This document shows, in pieces, positions 32,013 through 41,378 of a stretch of 64,000 nt of DNA. Source of the DNA: an uncultured delta proteobacterium (GTDB taxonomy: Bacteria; Desulfobacterota; Desulfomonilia; UBA1062); contig CAVVYZ010000030.1 in NCBI GenBank assembly GCA_963752595.1, forward strand, positions 32,001 through 96,000. The letters run 5' to 3'. The notes beneath the pieces are model-generated. The model was not told where the DNA came from, did no database searches, and worked only from the letters and a program-made list of their open reading frames with translations. Position numbers and translations under genes: made by a program. Position 1 is the first letter of the stretch, and each line of letters starts with the position of its first letter.

Positions 32013-33168
32013 ATGCCGTTAGAGCGAATACAGCTTCCTGATAAAGAAGTGATCATCCTGGGTACTGCCCATGTCTCCAAAATCCTCGGTCGAAGAAACG
32101 CATTCCGCCATCCAGGAATTCAAGCCCGATGAGGTTGCCGTAGAGCTCTGCCGAAGCAGGTTCGACGTCATGAAGAACCCCCAGGCATGGCAGGAAATGG
32201 ACATCGTCAAGGTTATCCGGGAGAAGAAGTCTTTGCTGCTTTTTGCAAACCTGGTCATGTCCTCTATCCAGAGGAGGATGGGGGAAAAGCTCGATGTGAA
32301 ACCGGGGGACGAGATGCGGGCCGCCATCGAAGAGGCGGAGGCAGCCGGAATCGAGATTGCCCTTATCGACCGCCCGGTTCAGATTACCCTGCAGAGGGCC
32401 TGGAAATCTCTGGGCGCATGGGAAAAAACCAAGTTCCTCTTTTCCTCTCTGACCTCGATCCTGTCTGTGGAAGATATCGGCGAGGAAGAGATCGAGAAGC
32501 TTAAAGAGAAAGACATGCTCACCCAGGCCGTTGAAGAGATCGCCAAACAGGCACCCACCATCAAGAGGGTGCTTATCGACGAGCGTGACGCCTATATGGC
32601 GCGCAAGATCGCGGACCTCAAAGGGAGCAGGGTGCTGGCCGTTGTCGGGGCAGGACACATGAACGGGATAATCGAGCAGATCAGGCACCCTGTGGAAGAC
32701 ATCAGCGTGCTCGAAGAAGTGCCGGAAAAAAAATTCAGCATTCTCGGCTGGCTCCTTCCGCTGACAGTCCTTTTCATGGTGATTGCCGGCTTCTTTTTCG
32801 GGAGCCCGAAGCAGGGGTACGAGATGATCAAGTGGTGGATCATCTGCAGTGCATCCCTGGCTGGGCTCGGAGCAATCGCAGCCTTGTCCCATCCGCTCAC
32901 CGTCCTTGTGGCGGCTGTTTCGGCGCCCATCACTACATTGAATCCTGCACTGGCTGCCGGCTGGTTCGCAGGATTGAGCGAGGCATACATCAAGAAGCCT
33001 AAGGTGGCCGATTTCCAGTCCATCCACGGTGATATCGCAACGGTGAGGGGATGGTGGAAGAATCCCATCACCAGGATCCTGCTGGTCGTCATGCTCGTAA
33101 ACCTGGGGAGCTCCTTGGGGGCATTCCTTGCAATGCCCATACTGACAAGGATAGTACTCCAGGGGTAG
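32013..33168 (+). CDS. TraB/PrgY/GumN family membrane protein (one frameshift near 32080)
   Basis: Upstream frame IILGTAHVS joins VAVELC..R, PG.EM..A, DRPVQITL.R, LIDERD.YM, VVGAGH; C-terminal TMs. Confidence 0.9.
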
Positions 33169-33470
33169 CCGCAGCAGTAAGTCAGCTTGAAGTGCCTTAA
33201 GGTTGATCTTGTCCTGAAGGCATTGATCTGTTTATGATAACGTATATCTTGCCTGGTCCCTTTTCTGGGGGGCTGGAATATAACAGGCGCATGATTATAT
33301 GTATGTCTTGTATGGTGGACCCCAAAAGGGGTGAATGTCGGGAATGCCGTATAAATACTATTTCAGTGAGATGAATATATTTCTTCATAAGGGCGATTCT
33401 TTTTCCCTCCGGAACGTGAAGAGGCAAGGGTAGAAATTAAATTAAGATGTAAATTTAGTAAGTTAACAAA

Positions 33471-33486
33471 TGGTACTATGTTTGCT
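33471..33486 (+). promoter_or_regulatory. Putative sigma54 (-24/-12) promoter
   Basis: TGGTACTATGTTTGCT = GG-N10-GC, close to consensus TGGCAC-N5-TTGC, about 85 bp upstream of ORF 33570, preceded by AT-rich DNA. Confidence 0.65.
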
Positions 33487-33569
33487 TATTAATTCTTTCT
33501 TTATTGGATTTTATCAAGATGCTTTTCATTTGAGGGCCTCGTGGTATCCAAATGTAATAGGGAGAGTGT

Positions 33570-33920
33570 ATGAACAAGATAAGCGCTTCTTATCATGATC
33601 GCTCATCCATCATGAAACTGCTGGATATCAGCCCGTTTATGCGCAACCAGCTCATGGAATACGGGGATATCGGAGAGAACGCCTTCGATGTATACACATT
33701 GTATAAGTCGGCGGCAAAAAGACATCTTTCGGATACTATTAAGACGAATGATGCCTTGGATATGCAGTGTTTAGCCTGGATGACGAAAGAAGAATTCTTT
33801 CAGGCGAGGAGGCTGCTGAAACGCCTCGGATTCATTACCGAGAGCATCGACCAGGAACAAGGCAAGGGGTACGAGATACGCCATGTAAGGCTTGAGCGGC
33901 GAGTAACCAGGGGACAATAG
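33570..33920 (+). CDS. Hypothetical protein, possible winged-helix
   Basis: 116-aa ORF with SD-like GGGAG; L.W..KEEF..ARR.L.RLGFI followed by a beta-hairpin-like segment. Confidence 0.6.
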   Translation: MNKISASYHDRSSIMKLLDISPFMRNQLMEYGDIGENAFDVYTLYKSAAKRHLSDTIKTNDALDMQCLAWMTKEEFFQARRLLKRLGFITESIDQEQGKGYEIRHVRLERRVTRGQ

Positions 33921-33993
33921 TTCATTCATCACCCATTATGCTCTTAAGAGATGCCCGGGAACATCCTTCAGGGGTACCGGTACTTGCAGCCTG

Positions 33994-34398
33994 TCAAAAG
34001 TTTGCAGCCTGCCGGGAGGGTCCCATTTCCCGGTCTTTAAGGTTGAGAAGCTCACTGATCGTGGCCTTGAGATTTGTGAAGTTATGGGATTTGAGAATGT
34101 AGGCGTCTGCCGCCATTGCCATGGGATGGTCTTTGTAACTTGAGTAAGCCGAGTGGATAATGACCGGTTTGTCCAGTTTGGATTTGAGGATATATCCCAT
34201 AGCATCCAAGCCGTCCATCTTAGGCATCCTGATATCCAGAATGATGAGGTCGGGTTCCGTTTCCCTCTCATCGAAAAGCATGGAGAGGGCCTCCTTGCCG
34301 TTTGATGCAACAGCAACATCATACCCGTCATCGACAAGTTCCTCCCGAATGAGGAACTGCAAATGCTTGTCATCTTCAACCAATAATATCTTTTTCAT
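33994..34398 (-). CDS. Single-domain response regulator
   Basis: KILLVEDD, LDIRMPKMDG, HSAY, ADAYILKS; SD AAGGAGG. Confidence 0.92.
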   Translation of the reverse strand: MKKILLVEDDKHLQFLIREELVDDGYDVAVASNGKEALSMLFDERETEPDLIILDIRMPKMDGLDAMGYILKSKLDKPVIIHSAYSSYKDHPMAMAADAYILKSHNFTNLKATISELLNLKDREMGPSRQAANF

Positions 34399-34508
34399 GT
34401 ACGAACCTCCTTTACTGCATATCTTTTTGGGTATCAGCGAGTAAGAATCCCCAAAGATGTCCTTTTCATCTGCTCAATACAATCGTGGATGACAATCTTT
34501 TAAAATTA

Positions 34509-34524
34509 AGCATAGAATATGCCA
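34509..34524 (-). promoter_or_regulatory. Putative sigma54 (-24/-12) promoter
   Basis: Minus strand TGGCATATTCTATGCT = GG-N10-GC, about 110 bp upstream of the response regulator. Confidence 0.6.
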
Positions 34525-34982
34525 CATAGAGAATAATGCCTTCAATGGCCCGAAAGCGCTGATGGATAGGCTAATGCTTGAACCCACATATATATTATAT
34601 TGACGGTAAGTCTTTCCTATGGTCAATTAATTGACTCAATCTCGCATGATTGATAATTTAATTTTGACACTATGCCTTGCCTTATCCAAAGAATTCTTGC
34701 CGGTTAGGAGAAATGTCAGTGATATTCCTACAGGTTTCTCATAAAATACTTACAACATCATCCTCGATTGTCTTATTCCCACTTCTTTGCAGCCGTGGTA
34801 TCCGATTTTTAAGTTGCCGGAAGATAGACATTATCTCATCTAAGAGTCAAGCATCAATTCTTCCGGCATCTTTTTTTATCGCCTGACCGAACTGCCGATC
34901 AAAGGAAGGGTTCAGGAGCAAGCACCCAATTCGACGTCCCGTCCGGCTACGGACCTTGTTATTCTTCCCCTTGCCGCTCGAA

Positions 34983-35630
34983 TTACTCTGATTCCATTCT
35001 CGGGCCTCCTTCATCCCAGACAAGCCATTGGCCTGAATCGAAGAAGGAAGGAAGCACGATGAGGTGTTCACTCATGATCATCCGGTGCAGATGTCCGCAG
35101 ATGACCATGTCCACCCCTTTCCGGCGGGCAATATCCGGATCGATGACCGCCCGGGGCGGCCTTATTGCTGCCGACGACTTGACAAGGAAGCGGGCGAACC
35201 GATCCTTTAAAATGCTCGGTAACGACCGGTCAAACAATTTCAGCATCGGCCACCCAAAGGCATGGAGGAACTTGAAGCCGTAGTCATCACTGGTAAGGGT
35301 ATGCCCGTGGGTGATGAGCGTTTTTTTGCAACAGGGGGTGGTGATGATCTCTTCTTCCTCCATGATGTTGATCCCGGAAGCAGGGCAGTTCGTTATCAGG
35401 AAATCCCGGTTGCCGGGAAGGATATAGACATTGGCAGCACGAAGGGCCTCAATGACATGGGCGATGCGATGCTCGATACCTGTGAACCAGTAATCGAAAA
35501 GATCTCCCAGGATAAAGACGGCGCTACTCTCTTTTTTTGCCTTATATATCCAGTTGATGAATCTTCCGGTATCTTCTTTTGAATCAGGGCGTATGTGAAC
35601 ATCTGCGATAAAAATAATCACACTATGCAT
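34983..35630 (-). CDS. lpxH: UDP-2,3-diacylglucosamine hydrolase (LpxH-like metallophosphoesterase)
   Basis: IADVH, LGDLFDYW, GNRDF, HGH, CGHLH. Confidence 0.8.
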   Translation of the reverse strand: MHSVIIFIADVHIRPDSKEDTGRFINWIYKAKKESSAVFILGDLFDYWFTGIEHRIAHVIEALRAANVYILPGNRDFLITNCPASGINIMEEEEIITTPCCKKTLITHGHTLTSDDYGFKFLHAFGWPMLKLFDRSLPSILKDRFARFLVKSSAAIRPPRAVIDPDIARRKGVDMVICGHLHRMIMSEHLIVLPSFFDSGQWLVWDEGGPRMESE

Positions 35631-35683
35631 ACAATCAGAAGATGCTTGATATATCAAGCGAATCCTTTTATAAAAGAAATCCC

Positions 35684-37330
35684 ATGAGCGTACTTTCCAA
35701 TTCGAATCCGTGGAAGTTGAGCACGTTCGTCCTCGCTCTCCTGTTGATATCCTGCATCGGTTGGTTCTTCCTGAAAGGCGACCCGGGAATTGCCGATCAG
35801 ACGGATGCTGTCGAGAATGAAGAGGTTATTATCCCTGAGCATGATGCAGAGTCAGCCCGTGATTATTCCGACCTGGCCGAGCCCAAGGAAGACCTGAAAG
35901 CTCTCAAAGACCCTATCCGGAAGGCATCCAGCATCTGCAAGGGCGACAGCGTCTATAAGGTTCTCGTGCAGAACAGCATTTCTCACAGCCAGGCATATCA
36001 GATACTCCGGGAAGTAAAGAATGTGTTTGACCTTTCCAGGGTTGTTCCCGGTCATGAGATCGTGCTTATCTTTTCTCCCGACAACGAGAATCTCATCGGG
36101 ATCGAATATGAAATATCCAATGACGACCGGTTGATTATTTCCATCAGTGAAGACAAAGTCCAGGCACACAAGCAGCACGTTGAAAAGACTCTTCCCGCTC
36201 AATATTCCGGGCTTCTCAAGCAGACGGATCACATCGTTCAGCAGGGCGATAATCTCTTTTCCATCCTGCGCTCCTGCGGGGTGAGCAGTGTCCAGATAGA
36301 TAAGGTGGTAAAAGCCGTTAAGGAGGTGTACAACCTCTCAGGCCTTACAGCAGGGAATTCACTGAAAATATGGGTGACCAGGCAGGAACCGGCGGGCCTT
36401 GTTCGGATGGCCTATGAAATTGATGACCTCAATTCCCTCGATGTTGAAGGCAAAGACGGTGCTTTCAAAGCCAGGAAGCAAACCCAGGAGCTTGAAGTAC
36501 GGTACGAACGTGCACAAGGCTCGATTACGAGCAGCCTGTACGAGTCCGCAGTCCAGGCTGGCCTGCCGCCGGAGATCGTCATGGGGCTGACCGATATCTT
36601 TGCATGGGATATCAACTTTTTTACGGATATCAGGGAAGGCGACACCTATACGGTCCTCTATGAAAGGTATTATGTGCAGAATACCTTTAAAGGCTATGGA
36701 AGGATCATGGCTGCCAGATTCATGAACCAAAGCGATGAGCACGTGGCCGTTTACTACGCCAACGGGAAAAGCGTCGACGGTTATTACGACGATGCGGGCA
36801 AGCCGATACAGAAGCTCTTCCTCAAAGCACCCCTGAATTACCGCCGAATATCATCGGGCTTCAGCTATCACAGGAGGCATCCTATTTTTCATGTCATGAG
36901 GCCTCACCTCGGGGTTGATTATGCCGCCCCTAAAGGTACGCCGGTCGTTTCGCTCGGCCAGGGGAAGGTGATCTTCAAGGGATGGTCAAAGGGGTTCGGG
37001 AAGTGTGTCCAGGTAAAGCATCCATCCGGTTACGTAAGCTATTACGGTCACTTAAGCGGCTTTCCGAAGGGAATTTCCAAGGAGACCCGCCTGGATCAGG
37101 GAGAGATCCTCGGGTATGTGGGTATGACCGGGTATGCCACCGGACCCCATCTGGACTTTCGCGTAAGACTGAACGGAAAGTTCGTGAATCCGCTGACGCT
37201 GAAACCCGTAAACGGGCCTCCGCTCCGCGGCAAGGCCCTTGCCCATTTCAAGGAAATCTCTCACAAGAGGCTCGCCATGCTTGATGATGCCTCTTTAAAC
37301 TATACTACAAAGCTCAGTAAGAGAGATTAA
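35684..37330 (+). CDS. M23 family peptidoglycan DD-endopeptidase with LysM/OapA-like domains
   Basis: N-terminal TM, VQQGDNLFSI, RISSGF..R.HP, HLGVDYAAP.GTP, YGHL, TGPHLDF. Confidence 0.92.
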   Translation: MSVLSNSNPWKLSTFVLALLLISCIGWFFLKGDPGIADQTDAVENEEVIIPEHDAESARDYSDLAEPKEDLKALKDPIRKASSICKGDSVYKVLVQNSISHSQAYQILREVKNVFDLSRVVPGHEIVLIFSPDNENLIGIEYEISNDDRLIISISEDKVQAHKQHVEKTLPAQYSGLLKQTDHIVQQGDNLFSILRSCGVSSVQIDKVVKAVKEVYNLSGLTAGNSLKIWVTRQEPAGLVRMAYEIDDLNSLDVEGKDGAFKARKQTQELEVRYERAQGSITSSLYESAVQAGLPPEIVMGLTDIFAWDINFFTDIREGDTYTVLYERYYVQNTFKGYGRIMAARFMNQSDEHVAVYYANGKSVDGYYDDAGKPIQKLFLKAPLNYRRISSGFSYHRRHPIFHVMRPHLGVDYAAPKGTPVVSLGQGKVIFKGWSKGFGKCVQVKHPSGYVSYYGHLSGFPKGISKETRLDQGEILGYVGMTGYATGPHLDFRVRLNGKFVNPLTLKPVNGPPLRGKALAHFKEISHKRLAMLDDASLNYTTKLSKRD

Positions 37331-37354
37331 TCCTTTCCTTTAAGGAGGTGCACT

Positions 37355-38107
37355 ATGGAAGGATATGCCCTGATCACGATTCTTGTCATCGTAGTGTTGT
37401 TTCTGATTTCAGCAATCAAGGTGCTCAATGAATACGAGCGGGCCGTGGTATTCAGGCTCGGCCGTGTCCTGCAGGTTCCGAAGGGACCCGGGCTTGTCAT
37501 CATCATACCCATGGTCGACCGGTTCATCAGGATCAGCCTGCGCACCATCGTGCAGGATGTGCCTTCCCAGGACGTCATCACCAGGGATAACGTCACGGTC
37601 AAGGTTAACGCTGTTGTCTACTTCCGGGTCATTGAACCCATGAAGGCGGTCATCGAGGTCGAGAATTACCTCTATGCGACGAGCCAGTTTTCCCAGACAA
37701 CCCTGCGCTCCGTCTGCGGCCAGGCAGAGCTCGATGAGTTGCTGACAAAACGTGAAGAAATCAGTGCCCGCATCCAGGAGATCCTCGACCGCCATACCGA
37801 CCCCTGGGGCATCAAGGTCTCAGCCGTCGAGCTCAAGCATATAGACCTGCCCGAAGAGATGCAGCGGGCAATGGCCAAGCAGGCCGAGGCAGAGCGGGAG
37901 AGAAGGGCCAAGGTCATCCATGCAGAGGGTGAATATCAGGCCTCTCAGCGGTTGTACGATGCAGCCAAGGTGATCTCCGGAGAACCCATCGCCCTCCAGC
38001 TGAGATTCCTCCAGACCATACGGGAGATTTCGTCGGAAGGGTCTATGAACACCCTTATTCCGCTGCCCATGGAACTGCTGGTGCCTTTCCTCAAGAAGGA
38101 CAAGTAA
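37355..38107 (+). CDS. SPFH/stomatin (slipin) family protein
   Basis: [52 protein letters not shown]. Confidence 0.95.
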   Translation: MEGYALITILVIVVLFLISAIKVLNEYERAVVFRLGRVLQVPKGPGLVIIIPMVDRFIRISLRTIVQDVPSQDVITRDNVTVKVNAVVYFRVIEPMKAVIEVENYLYATSQFSQTTLRSVCGQAELDELLTKREEISARIQEILDRHTDPWGIKVSAVELKHIDLPEEMQRAMAKQAEAERERRAKVIHAEGEYQASQRLYDAAKVISGEPIALQLRFLQTIREISSEGSMNTLIPLPMELLVPFLKKDK

Positions 38108-38164
38108 GGCTGTATCTTTAAAGGGATGAGAGGGTAAGAAAGCCCTTTCGCAGAGCGTAAACGT

Positions 38165-38905
38165 ATGAGCGTAATAACGAGCCACGGTAATTCTGCATTC
38201 AAAGCCCTGCTCGCGGCCAGGAAGGACAAGAGCATGATGCTCCTGGAGGGCAGGAGGATTGTCATGGATGCGCTCGCCCGGGGCATGATCCCGGAGATGG
38301 CTGCGGTTACTCCTGAATACCGGGAAGCGCACGGGCCTGTCGATATACCGTATATCACCCTTGCCGAAGGGCTATTTGCCCGGGTTGCGGATACCAAGAC
38401 CCCCCAGGGGATTCTTGCCCTGTTCCCGATCCCCTGGGCCCCTCTGGAAAAGATCATCGGGCATGAGAAAATAATCATCCTCGACGGCCTGCAGGACCCT
38501 GGAAACGTAGGGACCATAATCCGCACCGCAGAGGCCTTCGGGTTTCAGGCCGTTGCCGTTACCGAGGACACAGCCTCGCCTTTCTCGGCCAAGGCGGTCA
38601 GATCCTCCATGGGTTCTTCCCTCGGGGTCGACATAGCAAAGATGCGTAAAGTTGACGCGGGCAGATTGCCTCACCGGATAGTCAGCCTCGCCCCCTTGGG
38701 CAGCTCGAAATTGACCGGAGATCTTTTCGAAGGGAAATGCGCTATCTGCCTCGGCCAGGAAGGGTCAGGGGTAAGCCCTGAGATCCTGGCAATTTCTTAT
38801 GCAGCCGTGTTCATACCCATGAAGGGGAATGTGGAATCTCTCAATGTCTCCGTAGCTGCAGGCATTGTCCTAGCATATGCCAGCGGTGCTCTCGGGGCCT
38901 GCTGA
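38165..38905 (+). CDS. TrmH/SpoU family RNA methyltransferase
   Basis: LQDPGNVGTIIRTA, RSSMG, GQEGSG, IPM.G.VESLNVSVAAGI. Confidence 0.93.
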   Translation: MSVITSHGNSAFKALLAARKDKSMMLLEGRRIVMDALARGMIPEMAAVTPEYREAHGPVDIPYITLAEGLFARVADTKTPQGILALFPIPWAPLEKIIGHEKIIILDGLQDPGNVGTIIRTAEAFGFQAVAVTEDTASPFSAKAVRSSMGSSLGVDIAKMRKVDAGRLPHRIVSLAPLGSSKLTGDLFEGKCAICLGQEGSGVSPEILAISYAAVFIPMKGNVESLNVSVAAGIVLAYASGALGAC

Positions 38906-39025
38906 CCTTGCACGGGAAAGCTTCCAAGAACCGAAGATGCGGACTCATGCATTACGAAGGTATTCCTGAATGCCTTTGACAACGTCAAAGTGAATCATCT
39001 CCCGAAATTTCGTTTTCACGAGCCC

Positions 39026-39982
39026 TCAGGCCTCGTCGCCTTTTTTTCCGGAACCCGTGAAGTCGATCCTGGTCCTGATCACCTCTACATCGGTATTGGC
39101 ACGGGCAGTCCCGAAGAAACGTTCGAGCACATTGCCGGGACGGAGAAAGCGTTTGATGGGCAGACCCTTATCGTCGAACGAGATCTCGACGATTCCATGC
39201 TTGATGATAGTGATGTCCCCGGCGGTATTATCAAAGCATAGCTGCCTGCCTTTGGGGAAACAAAACGTGGTGACGGCATCGCCCCGGAGATGGAAGAGGG
39301 GCTTGAGGCGCAAGTCTTCGCTCGCCTTTTTCAGGATGCGCTCTTCATAGAGCCTTTCAAGAGAACGCCCGAGCCCTGGATGGCGGCTGCAGAGGAGCTT
39401 AAGCTTTCCGGACGGGATCCTGGTGAGCTCGCTTTTTTCCATTGTCCGTACCGTTGCAGAGCGGCCCTCCTGGGAAAAGAAACCGAGCTCGCCGAAGACA
39501 TCGCCCGGATGCATGAATGAAATACGCTCGCCGTCGCGAATTACCTCGAGCGAGCCTGAGATGAGGATGAAGATGTCTTCTCCCTTGTCTTTCTGCTTCA
39601 CCACGCAGGCGCCCTTCTTGAAACGGATGAGCTGCATGATATCGAGGACGTCCATGAATTCTTCCATGGAAAGGCCTGTGAGGATGGAAGCATCGTCCTT
39701 TTTCCATACCCTGCTGCTCTCGGACAACTCCTTGCAGGCGTCACCAATGAGTCCCATGGATAAAAGGATCCTGAGGAGCATGACATGGGTTTTCGGAAGG
39801 CATCCGAGTGCGGCTCTGGCGACCTTAGCCGCTGCAAGGGCCTTGAAAGGCATCCTTGCCTTCAGGTATTCCTGGATACAGGCCTGGAAGAGATCGATCG
39901 CCTTTCCCTCATCTCCGGCCTTTGCTTCCTGCTCGGCCTTTTTCAAGAGATCCTTAGGATTCGGTTGCGGTTGAACAGCCAT
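39026..39982 (-). CDS. Cyclic nucleotide-binding domain protein with N-terminal TPR-like helices
   Basis: VVKQ.DKGEDIFILISG.LEV, GDVFGELG, RSATVR; a second degenerate cNMP-like repeat at the C-terminus. Confidence 0.85.
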   Translation of the reverse strand: MAVQPQPNPKDLLKKAEQEAKAGDEGKAIDLFQACIQEYLKARMPFKALAAAKVARAALGCLPKTHVMLLRILLSMGLIGDACKELSESSRVWKKDDASILTGLSMEEFMDVLDIMQLIRFKKGACVVKQKDKGEDIFILISGSLEVIRDGERISFMHPGDVFGELGFFSQEGRSATVRTMEKSELTRIPSGKLKLLCSRHPGLGRSLERLYEERILKKASEDLRLKPLFHLRGDAVTTFCFPKGRQLCFDNTAGDITIIKHGIVEISFDDKGLPIKRFLRPGNVLERFFGTARANTDVEVIRTRIDFTGSGKKGDEA

Positions 39983-40192
39983 TTTTATACCTGCCTCCTG
40001 TCATATCATGAAATAGCACCTCTTCCTTAAAGAGATGGCGAAATGGTTCCGAAGATGCAGTTACTGACCCGAAGATGGAAGAGTTTTGTGCAATCCTTTA
40101 AAGATAATCGCGACTGATGCTTTTTCAAGCCAGGATTTTGAGGGTTTCCGGTCCCTGATATGGAGACGGTGACGCTCTCCTCTGCAAAAGGG

Positions 40193-41272
40193 CTACAGAC
40201 AATTTTCCCGAATGAACCGGGCTATATGAAGACTTGCTGATCCGTCGCCGAAAGGATTTTCCGAACCGAACGTAGCGCTGCCTGTCATATCCCGCACTGC
40301 CTGGAGCATCTTCCCGGGGTCAGGCGCGACCATCCGGTTGGCTCCTGCCAGGACGGTTTCCGGCCACTCGGTGGTATCCCTGACCGTGACGCAGGGGCTC
40401 TTCATGAGGAAGGCTTCTTTCTGTACCCCGCCGGAATCGGTAATGATGCAACCCGCATCCCTGATCATGGCGAGCATGGAAAGGTAGCTTACCGGCTCGA
40501 TGATCTGCAGGCGTTTCCCTTTGGAACGGACGATATCCGGGTACATATTTCTTGTCCTCGGATGAACCGGGAATATGACAGGGATGTCGTGGGAAACGAG
40601 CTCGAGCCCTTCCCAGACAGCCATGAATTTTTCGGGATCGTTCGTATTTTCGGCCCTGTGGATCGTTGCCAAGGCAAAGGGCTGCGAGTAGGGATGCGAG
40701 ATATTCCCCCTGGAGACTCTGATGAGTGCATCGTACATCACGTCTCCGGTGAACAGCCCGGTTATCCCCTCATTTTTCAGGAGGGCTACGGCGTTCATCG
40801 TGGGGCAGAAGTGGTATGAGGCGATATGATCGGTGAGTATGCGGTTGATCTCTTCGGGCATGGTCCTGTCGAAGCTTCGTACCCCTGCCTCCACATGGCC
40901 GACTTTAATATTCAGTTTCGCTGCAGTCAAAGCCCCGGCCAGGGTGGAATTGGTGTCCCCGTAGACGAGCAGGAGACCGGGCTTTTCAGCCACGAGGACT
41001 TCCTCGATGGCTTCCAGCATCCGTGCGGTCTGCTGTGCATGGCTTGCAGAGCCTATCCCCAGGTGATAGTCGGGGTTATCGAGCTTCAGGGTATCGAAAT
41101 GCACATCCGACATGGTGTAGTCATAGTGCTGTCCGGTATGGAGGACCTTGTAAGGTATCCCGAGATCTTTACACGCCTGCACGACAGGAGCGAGCTTGAT
41201 GAACTGGGGCCTGGCACCCACAACGTGCATCACCGAAGGCCCATGGCTCCCTGTATCCGAGTATTTTTTCAT
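40193..41272 (-). CDS. wecB: UDP-N-acetylglucosamine 2-epimerase (non-hydrolysing)
   Basis: GARPQFIK, HTGQHY, YGDTNSTL, HVEAG.RS, PEEINR, TDSGGVQKEA, FGDG. Confidence 0.95.
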   Translation of the reverse strand: MKKYSDTGSHGPSVMHVVGARPQFIKLAPVVQACKDLGIPYKVLHTGQHYDYTMSDVHFDTLKLDNPDYHLGIGSASHAQQTARMLEAIEEVLVAEKPGLLLVYGDTNSTLAGALTAAKLNIKVGHVEAGVRSFDRTMPEEINRILTDHIASYHFCPTMNAVALLKNEGITGLFTGDVMYDALIRVSRGNISHPYSQPFALATIHRAENTNDPEKFMAVWEGLELVSHDIPVIFPVHPRTRNMYPDIVRSKGKRLQIIEPVSYLSMLAMIRDAGCIITDSGGVQKEAFLMKSPCVTVRDTTEWPETVLAGANRMVAPDPGKMLQAVRDMTGSATFGSENPFGDGSASLHIARFIRENCL

Positions 41273-41378
41273 GATCAGCCGGCTATTCTCCGCCCAGAAA
41301 TCATTTTAAGGCTTTTCAGATACCGGTTATTGAAATAACAGTCAAATCTTATTTCATAAATCCTGCTGGGGAAATGTT

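Noticed and set aside
34850-34980. 6S RNA-like segment (GGGTTCA) downstream of lpxH
   Set aside because: Could not form the long rod with a central bubble, and the usual zapA/ygfA/rny context is absent
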